Part shown: positions 39,801 through 48,342 of the stretch, in pieces
Numbering within the stretch: position 1 is the stretch's first letter
Layout of the letters: each line of letters starts with the position of its first letter
Sequence record: MW812343.1
Length of the DNA stretch: 64,000 bases
Reading direction: 5' to 3' (one strand)
The notes under the pieces: generated by a model
What the model was told of the DNA's origin: nothing
The model's input: the letters and a program-made list of their open reading frames with translations, nothing else
Databases searched by the model: none
Program-made: the position numbers and the translations under genes

Positions 39801-41053
39801 GCACCACCTTCATTCGCAGTAAAGAGGGTGAAGATCACAAGCCGGGTGAAGTGCTGTCGTTCATCGACGGTCTCGTACCGGACACGCTGATGGATGATGC
39901 GAAGCGTCAAAACTTCGTGGGCATCCAATACGGTTCGACCACCACGGTCGTGGGGGCGATGGTGCCACCTTATCGTACTGAACAGGAGAAAGCGGCTGCA
40001 CATCGTACGTCTGTGAAGCACGCCCGCGGTATCGATAAGCCGGGTAAAATCGTAATGAAGACGGATGAGTTTATCCGTATCAAATACGAAGACGGGGAAG
40101 AAGAGACGTTCCCACTGGGTCGCTGGTATGGGGCACACGAGGGTACGTATTACCCGCACACGGTTATCAGTAAATGGAAGCAGGGGGATAAACTTCCTGC
40201 GGGGTCTATCATCACCTTCAACGGTGATCACTTCGAGCCGGATCTCTACGATCCTACTCAGGTCTGTTTGAAAGAATCTATTCTGGCTAACGTCGCGTTG
40301 ATTGAAGCGGAAGAGGTAATTGAAGACTCGAATGCAATTAGTGAGCGGTTCGCTACGAAAGCACAGTCTGATGTCACCAAAATCAAAGAAGTCACGATTG
40401 GCTTTAACCAGAACATGATGGAAATGGTGAAAGAGGGCGACCACGTCGATGTGGAGTCAATTCTATGCACCTTTAGCGACAACCTGAACGACGATATGAG
40501 CGGCTTCAGTAAAGAGGCAGCCCAAACCCTGTACGAACTCAGTTCGTTCTCACCGCAAGCCGGTGTGCGGGGACACGTCGACAAAATCGAAGTGGTTTAC
40601 CATGGTGATCCAGAAGACCTGACGCCGACACTGAAAACCTTAGTGAATGGGAAAGACCGTCAACGTCGTAAACTGGCAAACGCGCTGGGTAAGGATATTC
40701 CAACATCCGGTAGCGTGAATGGGGATTACCGTGTCGACGGTGTGCCGCTGGCCTACAATACGCTGTGTGTGAAGTTCTATATCACTCACCGTGTAGACAT
40801 GGCGGCTGCGGACAAAATGGTTATCGCTAACCAGTTGAAAACAACGGTACAAGAATTGATGCGTGGCGAAAACTACACTGAACGTGGAGAGGAGCTGGAC
40901 ATCATCTTTGGCCGTAACTCGGTAGATGCCCGTATCGTTGGTTCACTGATGCGTATCGGAACATGTAACGCCACCGGTTTCCACGGTGGTCTTTGTGTCG
41001 GGAAGATTTTAGACGGTGAGGCCGTTCCTGAACTCCCTGCTAAAATCAAATAA
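36866..41053 (+). CDS. rpoB: Virion RNA polymerase beta subunit, N-terminal part (phiKZ gp178-like)
   Basis: 1395 aa; NGTEYTMRRQ, TVDNGDVG, DDAKRQNF, EDSNAIS, DKMVIANQLK; follows the beta' fragment. Confidence 0.88.
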   Translation: MLLIKQFNQRFSVRRTDEFGKPRIIPLEKLQIPRGSVFHTVDLDQVVLAPPVTTPYFQELEKPAQIRHHYRLPEDGISGKPIPVPVQGQERQILAYHRANRRFRRLTDDTLVRRDPKVLLIENYTPMLPHYRYPDTLLSWYDRLRNIQVLMANQFKYDTAEYLRQNYIIVNLGSTLPSFDKFKTTYNNRIKNKLEHFQSIELLWLLDLFGWARGDQKDTLFAGMDMTQLSRMNFIFTHNSGFTSMNMGVVERMRKSAGGRLTDDVMSRHFYRTLIQVMTTQPSDKFETEFVTPEGEDQTVMHDVENDDIVEGSDDITDEDIHNDEPVVNDDDVDFDTNEDLVIEAPKEDIKPTTIVVEKTIDHAAVIKQEVEKLAEAGRVTAKAYKFLNESNQRFNQLPNPYNPKETYEQALTYSVKDIEVKPKKTLVKPLVTTEDWTQSTVDAIDKQYNSVVLPKDILSAVASSQRLGMAIHDHKVEKEVSVTGNIEHHTVRLQPIGGEPVTVRFQTPALTEDGTWIANGTEYTMRRQRVDLPIRKVDFDTVALTTAYGKNFVRRSDKVANDYGRWLTNAIIVQAVDPKNTSVTDAKLANVFDPLNTLPRQYTMVARRVSSFNAMGYQWNFDSKKLNEFFGEEGVKNLEAKELLPVAKMRGNKFIGMDENSQLYKVDGDKMEPQGDLADFLGVDASKSPREMTELSLMGTSLTLGFIFSYYLGLTGMLKHFGIRYEVLPPGNRIDKTLYDSVIRLADSKIVVICDNDKQRMIVNGLDKYLKLLTTYTESEVDREDIYLNLIRDADGLTPRYINELRLMRTAFVDDMHARILRKMGEPETFIGLLERANEMLLTDYTKPEINGDEMMFVGNQRIAYHVYTAMVRAMRNYQNAPGSNRRFELSQDMVWGAINSDPSVLLAPGANPVQCTKEKDVVTMGGTGGRNRKTMVYHTREFQESDLGIVSGNTVDNGDVGITAFLTNNPRFDTVDGTTFIRSKEGEDHKPGEVLSFIDGLVPDTLMDDAKRQNFVGIQYGSTTTVVGAMVPPYRTEQEKAAAHRTSVKHARGIDKPGKIVMKTDEFIRIKYEDGEEETFPLGRWYGAHEGTYYPHTVISKWKQGDKLPAGSIITFNGDHFEPDLYDPTQVCLKESILANVALIEAEEVIEDSNAISERFATKAQSDVTKIKEVTIGFNQNMMEMVKEGDHVDVESILCTFSDNLNDDMSGFSKEAAQTLYELSSFSPQAGVRGHVDKIEVVYHGDPEDLTPTLKTLVNGKDRQRRKLANALGKDIPTSGSVNGDYRVDGVPLAYNTLCVKFYITHRVDMAAADKMVIANQLKTTVQELMRGENYTERGEELDIIFGRNSVDARIVGSLMRIGTCNATGFHGGLCVGKILDGEAVPELPAKIK

Positions 41054-41057
41054 CACT

Positions 41058-41080
41058 CTGGGCGGGTCGCTACCGCCCAG
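41058..41080 (+). other. GC-rich hairpin without U-tract
   Basis: CTGGGCGG-GTCGCTA-CCGCCCAG right after the beta-N stop. Confidence 0.55.
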
Positions 41081-41099
41081 TCAAACTCCGGAGTAAGGT

Positions 41100-41393
41100 A
41101 TGTCAATTTTAGATGAAATCCGCATGCGTCACAATTTGCCGACGCCCGGCAATGTGCAATCGCAAGAAACGGACAGTTTCTCCCCGGTGCAGCGCATGAA
41201 TGCGATTACACTGGCCAATGCGGTGGAACTGACCACGGAAGTTATCCACGGGTTAATGCGTGGGAATAACGGTTTGGATGGCCACATGGGTGACCAGCGT
41301 TTACTCAAGCGCGACATCGCTGACATGGTCGGTGGTCGTCTGGCAGGTCGTGTGCAGGATGTTATCAGCACCGAGAAGGGGAACAAACAATGA
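41100..41393 (+). CDS. Hypothetical protein in vRNAP/head operon
   Basis: 97-aa ORF, RBS GGAG/AAGG, ATGA overlap with next gene. Confidence 0.7.
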   Translation: MSILDEIRMRHNLPTPGNVQSQETDSFSPVQRMNAITLANAVELTTEVIHGLMRGNNGLDGHMGDQRLLKRDIADMVGGRLAGRVQDVISTEKGNKQ

Positions 41394-42853
41394 TCAATCT
41401 GTACTCTGTTAACGCAACCACGAATGCGATGCGTCTGCTGAAACAGGCGAATATGCGTCTGAGCGCAGATGAAGGCTCGCCGATTGCGTTGCTGAACAAA
41501 GCAACCAACCAAGGTTCGGTATTGGACTCTGCCATCACCGATGAGCAGTTCTTCCAGACCTTACCGCAAATCACTGCGCTGCGTCAACCTGCCCATGGCA
41601 CGGGTGAAGACAACGTGGTCGTCGATACTGCTGCCGGTGCAGAGTCCATTCGCGTGGAAGACCACGAACCGACGCTGTACGAACTCAAGCGCATGATCAG
41701 CCAGCGCTGTGCGGGGATGCTGGACTTCTCCCGTAACGTTATTCAGCCGTTCGTTCAGGACGTGCTGAAGAATAACCAGATTGTCCCGGTCAGCGAAGTC
41801 AAAGAAGACTGGCAACTGGTGCCGGTGGATACCGATCCGTGCATCAATGAACCGATTGTGCAGGCGCTGATTAACAAACTCGACAACCCAACCGGTATGG
41901 GCTTCACGCATGAACCGCTGGAGTTGAGTGTACCGGACGTGATTGACGTGCCGGAAACAGGCCGTAAGTCCTTCGACCAGTTGGTGAACAACCTGCTGAC
42001 TGAACTGGGTCTGTCCATGTCTGAAGCCGTGCGTACCATGTGTGCCGGTAATTCGGTAGTGCCGAACTCGGCACAAGCGCCGCACTACATGAAGCAGAAC
42101 GTGTTGTTCCTGCTGCTCAGTGCGTATTTCTTGGAAAACCCGTGGGCGAACTCTGGCGTCAGCATTGACCGCTGGAAAACCCTGCTGACCAAAACCCACT
42201 ACAGCTACTGCGGTTGGGTTTACCTGTATGCCGAAGCCGTTGTGGTGCGCACCAAACTCGGTAACATCGTTTACTCTTACGATGCCAACGACAAGAAGGT
42301 GTACATCTGTCAGGAAGCGCTGGACAGCTACCTGAACGATAACGGTACGGTGGAAGCGCTGCTGGGTGCTCTGTACTTGCTGGACGACGGTGACACCAAA
42401 GCATCGACCAACAAAGCCTCGCTGTTGGAAAAACACGATGCGTATGTGGCCGCATGGGATCGTCGCAGTTCTATTCGCCGTATGGCGGCAGACACCGACT
42501 GGTTGACCACTAACCGTCAGTCAATGAAGACCGCGTTCAATCTGTCCATCGATACCCTCGATCCGGATTACCTGTCGTCTATCGGCGAGAATAAGAAGCT
42601 GACTCCGCAGGAAGCGAAGCTGGCGTGTGCATCGTCTATCGATCACCTGTTCAACCGCAGCACCACGGACATCACCGCATTCATTATCCGTACTGCGTGC
42701 TGTGAAGTCTTCGGTGAGTATGAACTCTCCAATCTGATGCTCTCTATTCACGAGGGTATGATTGAAGGTCAGAAACCGGATGCGGTCGCCTCAACGTGGA
42801 TCACCAACTATGTGCTGGATTGGTTACTGCAAGGTATTCTGATCGAAGCATAA
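41390..42853 (+). CDS. Probable virion head protein (phiKZ gp177-like)
   Basis: 487 aa, preferred-codon usage, between vRNAP beta-N and beta'-C. Confidence 0.6.
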   Translation: MINLYSVNATTNAMRLLKQANMRLSADEGSPIALLNKATNQGSVLDSAITDEQFFQTLPQITALRQPAHGTGEDNVVVDTAAGAESIRVEDHEPTLYELKRMISQRCAGMLDFSRNVIQPFVQDVLKNNQIVPVSEVKEDWQLVPVDTDPCINEPIVQALINKLDNPTGMGFTHEPLELSVPDVIDVPETGRKSFDQLVNNLLTELGLSMSEAVRTMCAGNSVVPNSAQAPHYMKQNVLFLLLSAYFLENPWANSGVSIDRWKTLLTKTHYSYCGWVYLYAEAVVVRTKLGNIVYSYDANDKKVYICQEALDSYLNDNGTVEALLGALYLLDDGDTKASTNKASLLEKHDAYVAAWDRRSSIRRMAADTDWLTTNRQSMKTAFNLSIDTLDPDYLSSIGENKKLTPQEAKLACASSIDHLFNRSTTDITAFIIRTACCEVFGEYELSNLMLSIHEGMIEGQKPDAVASTWITNYVLDWLLQGILIEA

Positions 42854-42865
42854 CGGAGGTGTGGC

Positions 42866-43588
42866 ATGAGTGCCATTGAAACCGCACGCCGTGATCCGAG
42901 AAAGGTACATGCCGATTTGGTTGACGAGGGTACTGCCACCATTACCAAAGGGGGGTGTTATCTTTACATCCCCGTTGGGTATACCTCGAAAGAACTGGCG
43001 TTCATTTCGTCTACGATTGAAATCGTGGGAATGTTCGCCATTTCGACTGACCGAAAAACGTATGGTGTATCGAACGTTACGACGTTCATTGAGATTACGC
43101 CGTCCTCGTTTGAAGAAGTGGATGTTGCAGGCGAGCCTTACTACGAGTTCCGCTTTGACCCCGGTACGGTTGTGTTCCCGAACCGTATGTTGCAAGTGGT
43201 TTCCAACCCGGTGTACAACATCGCCTCGTATGTGTACGACTTTGGTAACCGACCATTTTGGTTTACCATCGTAGACGATGCGGAGCTGTTGTCTGATGCA
43301 CCGCTATGGAATGGTTTTCGGGTCTTTGCTGACCAGATTACCGCAGACTGTTATGCGGCACACACCCAACGCAAGAAAGGTGACCCGCGTACGTTCTTCC
43401 GTTATACGCTGAAAAAAGACAGCGATATGTTTGGTCCCGTCCAGTACATCCCTCTTCGAGATGGTTCGCTTAACAAAACCTCTCGATTGGCGAAGCTTGC
43501 AGACGTTGAACTGAAACGCGGGATTCGTTCTGCGCTCAGTGTCGATCCGGTGCGTGCTGAACCACTTGAGGATCTCTTCATGAGATAA
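42866..43588 (+). CDS. rpoC: Virion RNA polymerase beta' C-terminal fragment (phiKZ gp176-like)
   Basis: KTSRLAKLADVELKRGIRSAL...EPLEDL resembles the RpoC C-terminus; 240 aa; immediately before the protease. Confidence 0.65.
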   Translation: MSAIETARRDPRKVHADLVDEGTATITKGGCYLYIPVGYTSKELAFISSTIEIVGMFAISTDRKTYGVSNVTTFIEITPSSFEEVDVAGEPYYEFRFDPGTVVFPNRMLQVVSNPVYNIASYVYDFGNRPFWFTIVDDAELLSDAPLWNGFRVFADQITADCYAAHTQRKKGDPRTFFRYTLKKDSDMFGPVQYIPLRDGSLNKTSRLAKLADVELKRGIRSALSVDPVRAEPLEDLFMR

Positions 43589-43643
43589 TGGGTAGCGGCA
43601 TCTGCCGGTGCCGTTATTCACTGACAATTAACTGGGGTAAACA

Positions 43644-44450
43644 ATGGATTCGAATTTAACCATGCGTTACAACTGCGTAGCGCTTGCGGGGATCAACAAA
43701 GGGCAGACGCTCCAGAAAGACGCAGACGGGTATTACTACGTCCTGCTGGGTGCGTTGAATATCTTCAACTCGGAAGGTATCTTCTACGCGTTTAACGAAT
43801 CGAAGCATGTCTTTGATCGTTCAAGCGTGTTCATGCGTAAGGTACAAGCCGGTAACCTGTTTGGTGAAGAAGACCACCCGCCGTTTGAGCCGGGTATGTC
43901 AGAAGCCCAATGGATTGAACGTAACGAATGGATTGAAACCAAGAACGTTGCCATGCACATTCGTGAAGTTGAGCTGAAGCCAACTGACCAAGTGTGTAAC
44001 GGTATGCCGGTGGTGGAAATCTGGGGCTGGATTAAACCGAACCGCGACCGCGGTCCTTATCTGGCTGAAGCGCTGGAGAACCCACATCAGAACGTGTGCT
44101 TCTCTCTGCGTGCTATCGTGCGTGAAGGTCGTATCGGTGGTACCCTGTGTCGTCGTATTGACCGTATGGTCACCTTCGACTGGGTTATCGAAGACGGCCT
44201 GCAAATCTGTAACAAATACTCCGCGATTGAACGCGGCAGTAAAGTGGCCCGTGAAAGTACCCGCACGTTTGTTGACCGTCCTATCCATCGTCGTACGCTG
44301 GAAGAGATGGCCTTCAACCCGCAGGCGACGTCTAAAATCGCGACAGAGTCCCGTCGTGGTGCAGCGCGTCAGATTGCACGCGAGTACCTGAACTACTCGG
44401 AAGCTCGCCCACATACCCGTATCGTTGGCTTGGGTAAAGGGAGCTGGTAA
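43644..44450 (+). CDS. Prohead protease (phiKZ gp175-like, S21-type)
   Basis: FGEEDHP (His), HIREV, VCFSLRA (Ser), TFDWVIE (Asp); C-terminal AxE repeats. Confidence 0.85.
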   Translation: MDSNLTMRYNCVALAGINKGQTLQKDADGYYYVLLGALNIFNSEGIFYAFNESKHVFDRSSVFMRKVQAGNLFGEEDHPPFEPGMSEAQWIERNEWIETKNVAMHIREVELKPTDQVCNGMPVVEIWGWIKPNRDRGPYLAEALENPHQNVCFSLRAIVREGRIGGTLCRRIDRMVTFDWVIEDGLQICNKYSAIERGSKVARESTRTFVDRPIHRRTLEEMAFNPQATSKIATESRRGAARQIAREYLNYSEARPHTRIVGLGKGSW

Positions 44451-45065
44451 ATGGCTGAACATGATGCTTCCTTAGATAAATGGTTTCTTAACCAGTTACC
44501 TCGTGTCGCGAAGAAACTCACGATAAAAGGGATAGAGACGCCACCACTTCACATCGGTGGACAGGTGCGTGTCTTTACGCCGCGATTGCCAAACAATCCG
44601 GCACCTGGGGAAGATCAGACCATTCCACGCGTCTGCTGTTCATTGACAGTCAAGAACTGTTGTGTGGGTGCTCGCCACAACTTTCAGTTCGCAAACGAAA
44701 ACCCTCGGTTGTTCATTTATGCGTTCGATGAACGCAGCATTGTCCAGCCGTCCGTTGAGGTCACAAAGGAACCGAACCGGGCAGGGGAAGTTTGGATTGT
44801 TCCACACCGTATGGCTAACTGGGAAATCAAGCCTCGTGTGATTGGTGAGATGCGGTTGGCCAATATGGCAAAGGATTACACCGAACTGGACTATGTCCTG
44901 ATGGTGTCCGAACCCACGGTATGGGAAAATGGCACAACGCTGAAACCTGACACGGCTTACCATTTTAAAGTGGTCTGGTCGCCAGAGTTTCGCTTCACAG
45001 AACCCAAGGTGGTGCCTGTGGCCGTTTATCATGATGCATTGAACGCATATACCGTCAGCCGGTAA
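44451..45065 (+). CDS. Hypothetical protein, possible ADP-ribosyltransferase-like fold
   Basis: LHIG...FTPRLP...EDQTIPRVCCSLTV...LFIY...GEVWI in ART-like motif order. Confidence 0.4.
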   Translation: MAEHDASLDKWFLNQLPRVAKKLTIKGIETPPLHIGGQVRVFTPRLPNNPAPGEDQTIPRVCCSLTVKNCCVGARHNFQFANENPRLFIYAFDERSIVQPSVEVTKEPNRAGEVWIVPHRMANWEIKPRVIGEMRLANMAKDYTELDYVLMVSEPTVWENGTTLKPDTAYHFKVVWSPEFRFTEPKVVPVAVYHDALNAYTVSR

Positions 45066-45115
45066 GAGTAAGTTCGTGGTCTGCAAATCACACTTACTTT
45101 ATTGGAGGCAGTAAC

Positions 45116-45412
45116 ATGAAAGCGGTAAACATTGTGATACCTCCTAGCCTTAACATGTTTTCCCCAGAAGAGTTGAGGGCGGTCGCCCTTAATGCGATTC
45201 AGGGAAGAGTGGGTAAAAACGTCATAGCCGAAGTGTTGTCTGTGCGGTTGGATACGAAGCGGAAGATCAATAATGTCATCGCCGCTATCCCGCAGCAAGA
45301 CCTCACGAATTTCTATCTCGACCTGCAAACAGCCGGTGCGACGATTGACTATAGCCGGACGTTCTTCTTACACACCGAGCTATACCGCCGTATTGTTACT
45401 GTGAAGCAGTAA
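45116..45412 (+). CDS. Hypothetical protein
   Basis: 98-aa ORF, RBS GGAGG. Confidence 0.7.
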   Translation: MKAVNIVIPPSLNMFSPEELRAVALNAIQGRVGKNVIAEVLSVRLDTKRKINNVIAAIPQQDLTNFYLDLQTAGATIDYSRTFFLHTELYRRIVTVKQ

Positions 45413-45469
45413 TAGAAAAAATACAGCATTACATGTTTTTGTGCGGGGAACTTTTAAGGATAACACGAA

Positions 45470-46027
45470 ATGATTTATTTGGATAGCGATGGCGTGTTCG
45501 CCGGTTGGCGTAAGTACGCACTGCCCAAATACTTTCCGACGATGACTTCACACGAGTTTAACAAACTACCAGAACTCAAGCGCCGGGGGTTGATGCGCGA
45601 CATGTATCAACAGGAGCCTAACCTCTTCTACAACCTCCCACCAAGTAAAGAGATGATTCAAGTTCTTGAATTCATTGAAAAAGAGTGCTTATCGTGGTCC
45701 ATTCTTACCTCCGGGTCAGAAGATCACTTTGACCATGATTTGGTGGTAGACTGCAAAGAGCGTTGGTTTGATAAACACTTTGGTGTTCCAGCAGACAAAA
45801 TCATCGTGACTGAAAACTCAGGAGCGAAGGCAGCGTATGCGGGACGAGGGAAACTGCTTGTTGACGATTACGGACGAAATTGTCGCGAGTGGGCACTCAA
45901 AGGTGGAACAGCATATTGGGTTCACACTGATGAACCGAATGTGCGAGATCTTATTCGCCACATTGGTGCTTTTGCAGAAGAACCTAATCTGCTCTGCGGG
46001 TCTATCCTACAGATACAGCCGGGTTAG
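45470..46027 (+). CDS. HAD-family 5'(3')-deoxyribonucleotidase-like protein
   Basis: IYLDSDGVF (motif I), ILTS (II), K...LLVDDY...N..EW (III/IV). Confidence 0.8.
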   Translation: MIYLDSDGVFAGWRKYALPKYFPTMTSHEFNKLPELKRRGLMRDMYQQEPNLFYNLPPSKEMIQVLEFIEKECLSWSILTSGSEDHFDHDLVVDCKERWFDKHFGVPADKIIVTENSGAKAAYAGRGKLLVDDYGRNCREWALKGGTAYWVHTDEPNVRDLIRHIGAFAEEPNLLCGSILQIQPG

Positions 46028-46034
46028 GTATTAA

Positions 46035-46077
46035 GTGGCCATCCCTCAAAAGGTGGCCACGTATTCTATATTTTTTT
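46035..46077 (+). terminator. Probable Rho-independent terminator
   Basis: GTGGCCA...TGGCCAC stem then TATATTTTTTT. Confidence 0.55.
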
Positions 46078-46099
46078 GGATATATATTACCTAGGTGAA
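46078..46099 (+). promoter_or_regulatory. phiKZ-type early promoter (TATATTAC) (copy 3)
   Basis: GGATATATATTACCTAGGTGAA; identical 19-nt core at 62039. Confidence 0.75.
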
Positions 46100-46142
46100 C
46101 TTGCATCTGTAAGTTTTTCAATCGACTATCAAGGGGTATCTC

Positions 46143-46334
46143 ATGAGTGAATTATTACGTAGCTTTCTGAAGTTGCACGACGGTTCTAAAGAAGCTTGCG
46201 ATGCCTTTGAATCACAGGCCAAGATGGATGAACGTGCGGTGTTGGTCAGGAAACTGGCTGTTGCTGTCAATGACAAAGACACCGTTCGTGAAGCTGAAAT
46301 CCGCAAACAACTTTTTGGGACTATCAAAAAATGA
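46143..46334 (+). CDS. Hypothetical small protein
   Basis: 63 aa, RBS AAGGGG, ATGA overlap with HD gene. Confidence 0.65.
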   Translation: MSELLRSFLKLHDGSKEACDAFESQAKMDERAVLVRKLAVAVNDKDTVREAEIRKQLFGTIKK

Positions 46335-47008
46335 ATCCACAAGACGTACGTAAACTGACCGAACAAGTTATCCGCCACTTCTACGACTTCTATCGTTACA
46401 CGGATAGCGCACACCGCATTGACCACATTCGCTCTGTCATCAGTAACGTGATTCGTATCTGTTACACGAACGGGTGGCAGGAACACCTGAAGCTGGCTAT
46501 CATCGCAGCAGGCGCACACGACATCTTCTCAACAAAAGAGTTGCGTGCAGAACACCACATCAAAGGCTTCACTTGGGTGTTGGATAACAAGCCCTTGCTG
46601 ATGCGTAAGTATAAGCTGACCTCGGATGAGTGCTACACCATTGCGTATGCCGTGATGGAACACCGGGGCAGTTTCAAAGGGAACTACAACAGCATTGTCT
46701 CCGAGATTGTGGCGGCAGCTGACCGTGGGATTCCGTCTAAGGATGATGTGACCAACTACATCAGTCGCAGTTACTTGTATGCCCGCGACAACTTAGAGAA
46801 AAGTATTTCGAATGCGAAGTTCCACGCTGTGGCTCACATTCAAGATAAGTTTGGACGTAACGCTTACGCGAAAGTTCCAGACTGGTACCATTCGATGTTC
46901 GCCAAAGAACTGGCTGAACGTCGTGACATCATCGACATGCTCGATATCGACTTCTTTACACCAGACTTGGTGGAAGACTTAGAACGTAAACTCAATAACA
47001 ACCCGTAA
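46331..47008 (+). CDS. HD-domain metal-dependent phosphohydrolase
   Basis: AHRIDH...AAGAHD...VMEH...VAAAD. Confidence 0.85.
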   Translation: MNPQDVRKLTEQVIRHFYDFYRYTDSAHRIDHIRSVISNVIRICYTNGWQEHLKLAIIAAGAHDIFSTKELRAEHHIKGFTWVLDNKPLLMRKYKLTSDECYTIAYAVMEHRGSFKGNYNSIVSEIVAAADRGIPSKDDVTNYISRSYLYARDNLEKSISNAKFHAVAHIQDKFGRNAYAKVPDWYHSMFAKELAERRDIIDMLDIDFFTPDLVEDLERKLNNNP

Positions 47009-47020
47009 GGATTATCAAAG

Positions 47021-47521
47021 ATGGCCAAGATGACTTCTGTTAAAGACCTGATCGCAGACCTGAACGCTGGCGCTACCACTGAGCTGGTAGAACGTCGTTT
47101 GACTGACGACTCCGTGACCAATCTGGTGCGCGGCTTTGAAGCGATGGCACCGTCCATCAAAGTCACCCCGAACGAAAAGGGTGAGCATAAGCTGACCATC
47201 GCGGACATGGACACCATGGACCAATACCGCGCCAACTTCCACGAAGCGTTCGGTTCTATCACCAAAGATCTGATTGGTGAAGAAGCGCGTAAAGACCCAG
47301 AGCTGGGTGCGATGGAAGTGACGCTGGATATCGGTAAGACCACCTTCTCCACCGCGTTCGCACGCCCAACCGGCGATAACCCATCCCAGAAAGAATGGGC
47401 TGCGTCTATCGGCTTCGGCTACAGCACGCCAAAGAACAAAGCACTGGAAGGCGCACTGCGTCGTGACTTCGCCAAAGGCTTCCTCGAAGTTGAAGAAGAA
47501 GAGGATGAAGACGAAGAGTAA
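47021..47521 (+). CDS. Hypothetical protein with poly-acidic C-terminus
   Basis: 166 aa, strong preferred-codon usage, ends EVEEEEDEDEE. Confidence 0.8.
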   Translation: MAKMTSVKDLIADLNAGATTELVERRLTDDSVTNLVRGFEAMAPSIKVTPNEKGEHKLTIADMDTMDQYRANFHEAFGSITKDLIGEEARKDPELGAMEVTLDIGKTTFSTAFARPTGDNPSQKEWAASIGFGYSTPKNKALEGALRRDFAKGFLEVEEEEDEDEE

Positions 47522-47694
47522 TGGTCAAGATAGTTATCGACCATCACCCTAACGTTATTCCATTCACGGCAATCCGAAAAGATGGCACTATTGCCTCGCC
47601 CGATGAAGTCGGTGTGACGGTGCGTGTTGTCCGGTCGCCAACACCAAAGCCGTTGGATGGTGTAGCAAAACTCTATCGTCGGAAACGGCGGTAG
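47521..47694 (+). CDS. Small basic hypothetical protein (57 aa), absent from the ORF track
   Basis: TAATG overlap; manual translation MVKIVIDHHPNVIPFTAIRKDG...AKLYRRKRR*. Confidence 0.5.
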   Translation: MVKIVIDHHPNVIPFTAIRKDGTIASPDEVGVTVRVVRSPTPKPLDGVAKLYRRKRR

Positions 47695-47754
47695 GGTTAC
47701 AGAAGAGAGCTGTCTTATGACAGCTTTCTTTTTTTTGATCTTGAGAGAAACTTT

Positions 47755-48294
47755 ATGAACGAAATGACGAGTCAATTGGTTAACGGGTCACTACCATGCA
47801 CACTCTCTCGTGAAGAGATTATTGCCCGCATCGGTTTACTGGCCGACATCCACCTGCGTGGTATGTTGTCTTCGATGTCCATGCCGGAATTTGCAGAGGT
47901 TGCTGAATTCCCCGTAGAAATCATGACCTGCACCGCGAACGGGTATCAACGTTTCTTATCGGAAACCACCGCAACGATTGTTCAAAAGGTGACTGGTTTC
48001 ATCCTGCGATACAAAGCGGCACTGATTTACGAATTTGGCAAAGAAGTCATCACTGCGATTGAGCGCGAACATATCACCCTGAACGGTACCGACGTGGCCA
48101 AACTCGAAGGAGGTGACAAGAACCTCCTGACCCTGTGGAGTGTTGCCAACCCTACTCTAACCGATGTGGCACCGTCTTCACGCTTTGACGTCATTGCTAC
48201 CTATCTGTTTATCAGTCACGCCAAGTGGTTGGTGATTCGTATGGAGTCAGAAGGTAAAGAACCGCCTGCGGCAGCTGAGCAAAAGAAAAAATAA
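47755..48294 (+). CDS. Hypothetical protein
   Basis: 179-aa ORF ending at terminator. Confidence 0.7.
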   Translation: MNEMTSQLVNGSLPCTLSREEIIARIGLLADIHLRGMLSSMSMPEFAEVAEFPVEIMTCTANGYQRFLSETTATIVQKVTGFILRYKAALIYEFGKEVITAIEREHITLNGTDVAKLEGGDKNLLTLWSVANPTLTDVAPSSRFDVIATYLFISHAKWLVIRMESEGKEPPAAAEQKKK

Positions 48295-48339
48295 AAAGCC
48301 ACCCACTCCCGAAGGAGTGGGTAAGCTTCTCTTTTTTTT
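48293..48339. terminator. Bidirectional Rho-independent terminator
   Basis: AAAAAGCC-ACCCACTCC-CGAA-GGAGTGGGT-AAGCTTCTCTTTTTTTT between convergent genes. Confidence 0.85.
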
Positions 48340-48342
48340 GCT

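Noticed and set aside
18782-41053. Introns or inteins in thyA or the RNAP subunits
   Set aside because: Frames are uninterrupted; no intein C...HN termini or homing-endonuclease motifs recognised; thyA insertions are short and in-frame
39584-42436. Antisense ORFs 39584-40444 and 41561-42436
   Set aside because: They mirror conserved RNAP and virion genes; no independent evidence
22241-47008. Z-genome (diaminopurine) pathway suggested by MazG-like plus HD enzymes
   Set aside because: No PurZ-like gene in the window; the two genes are unlinked and common in jumbo phages
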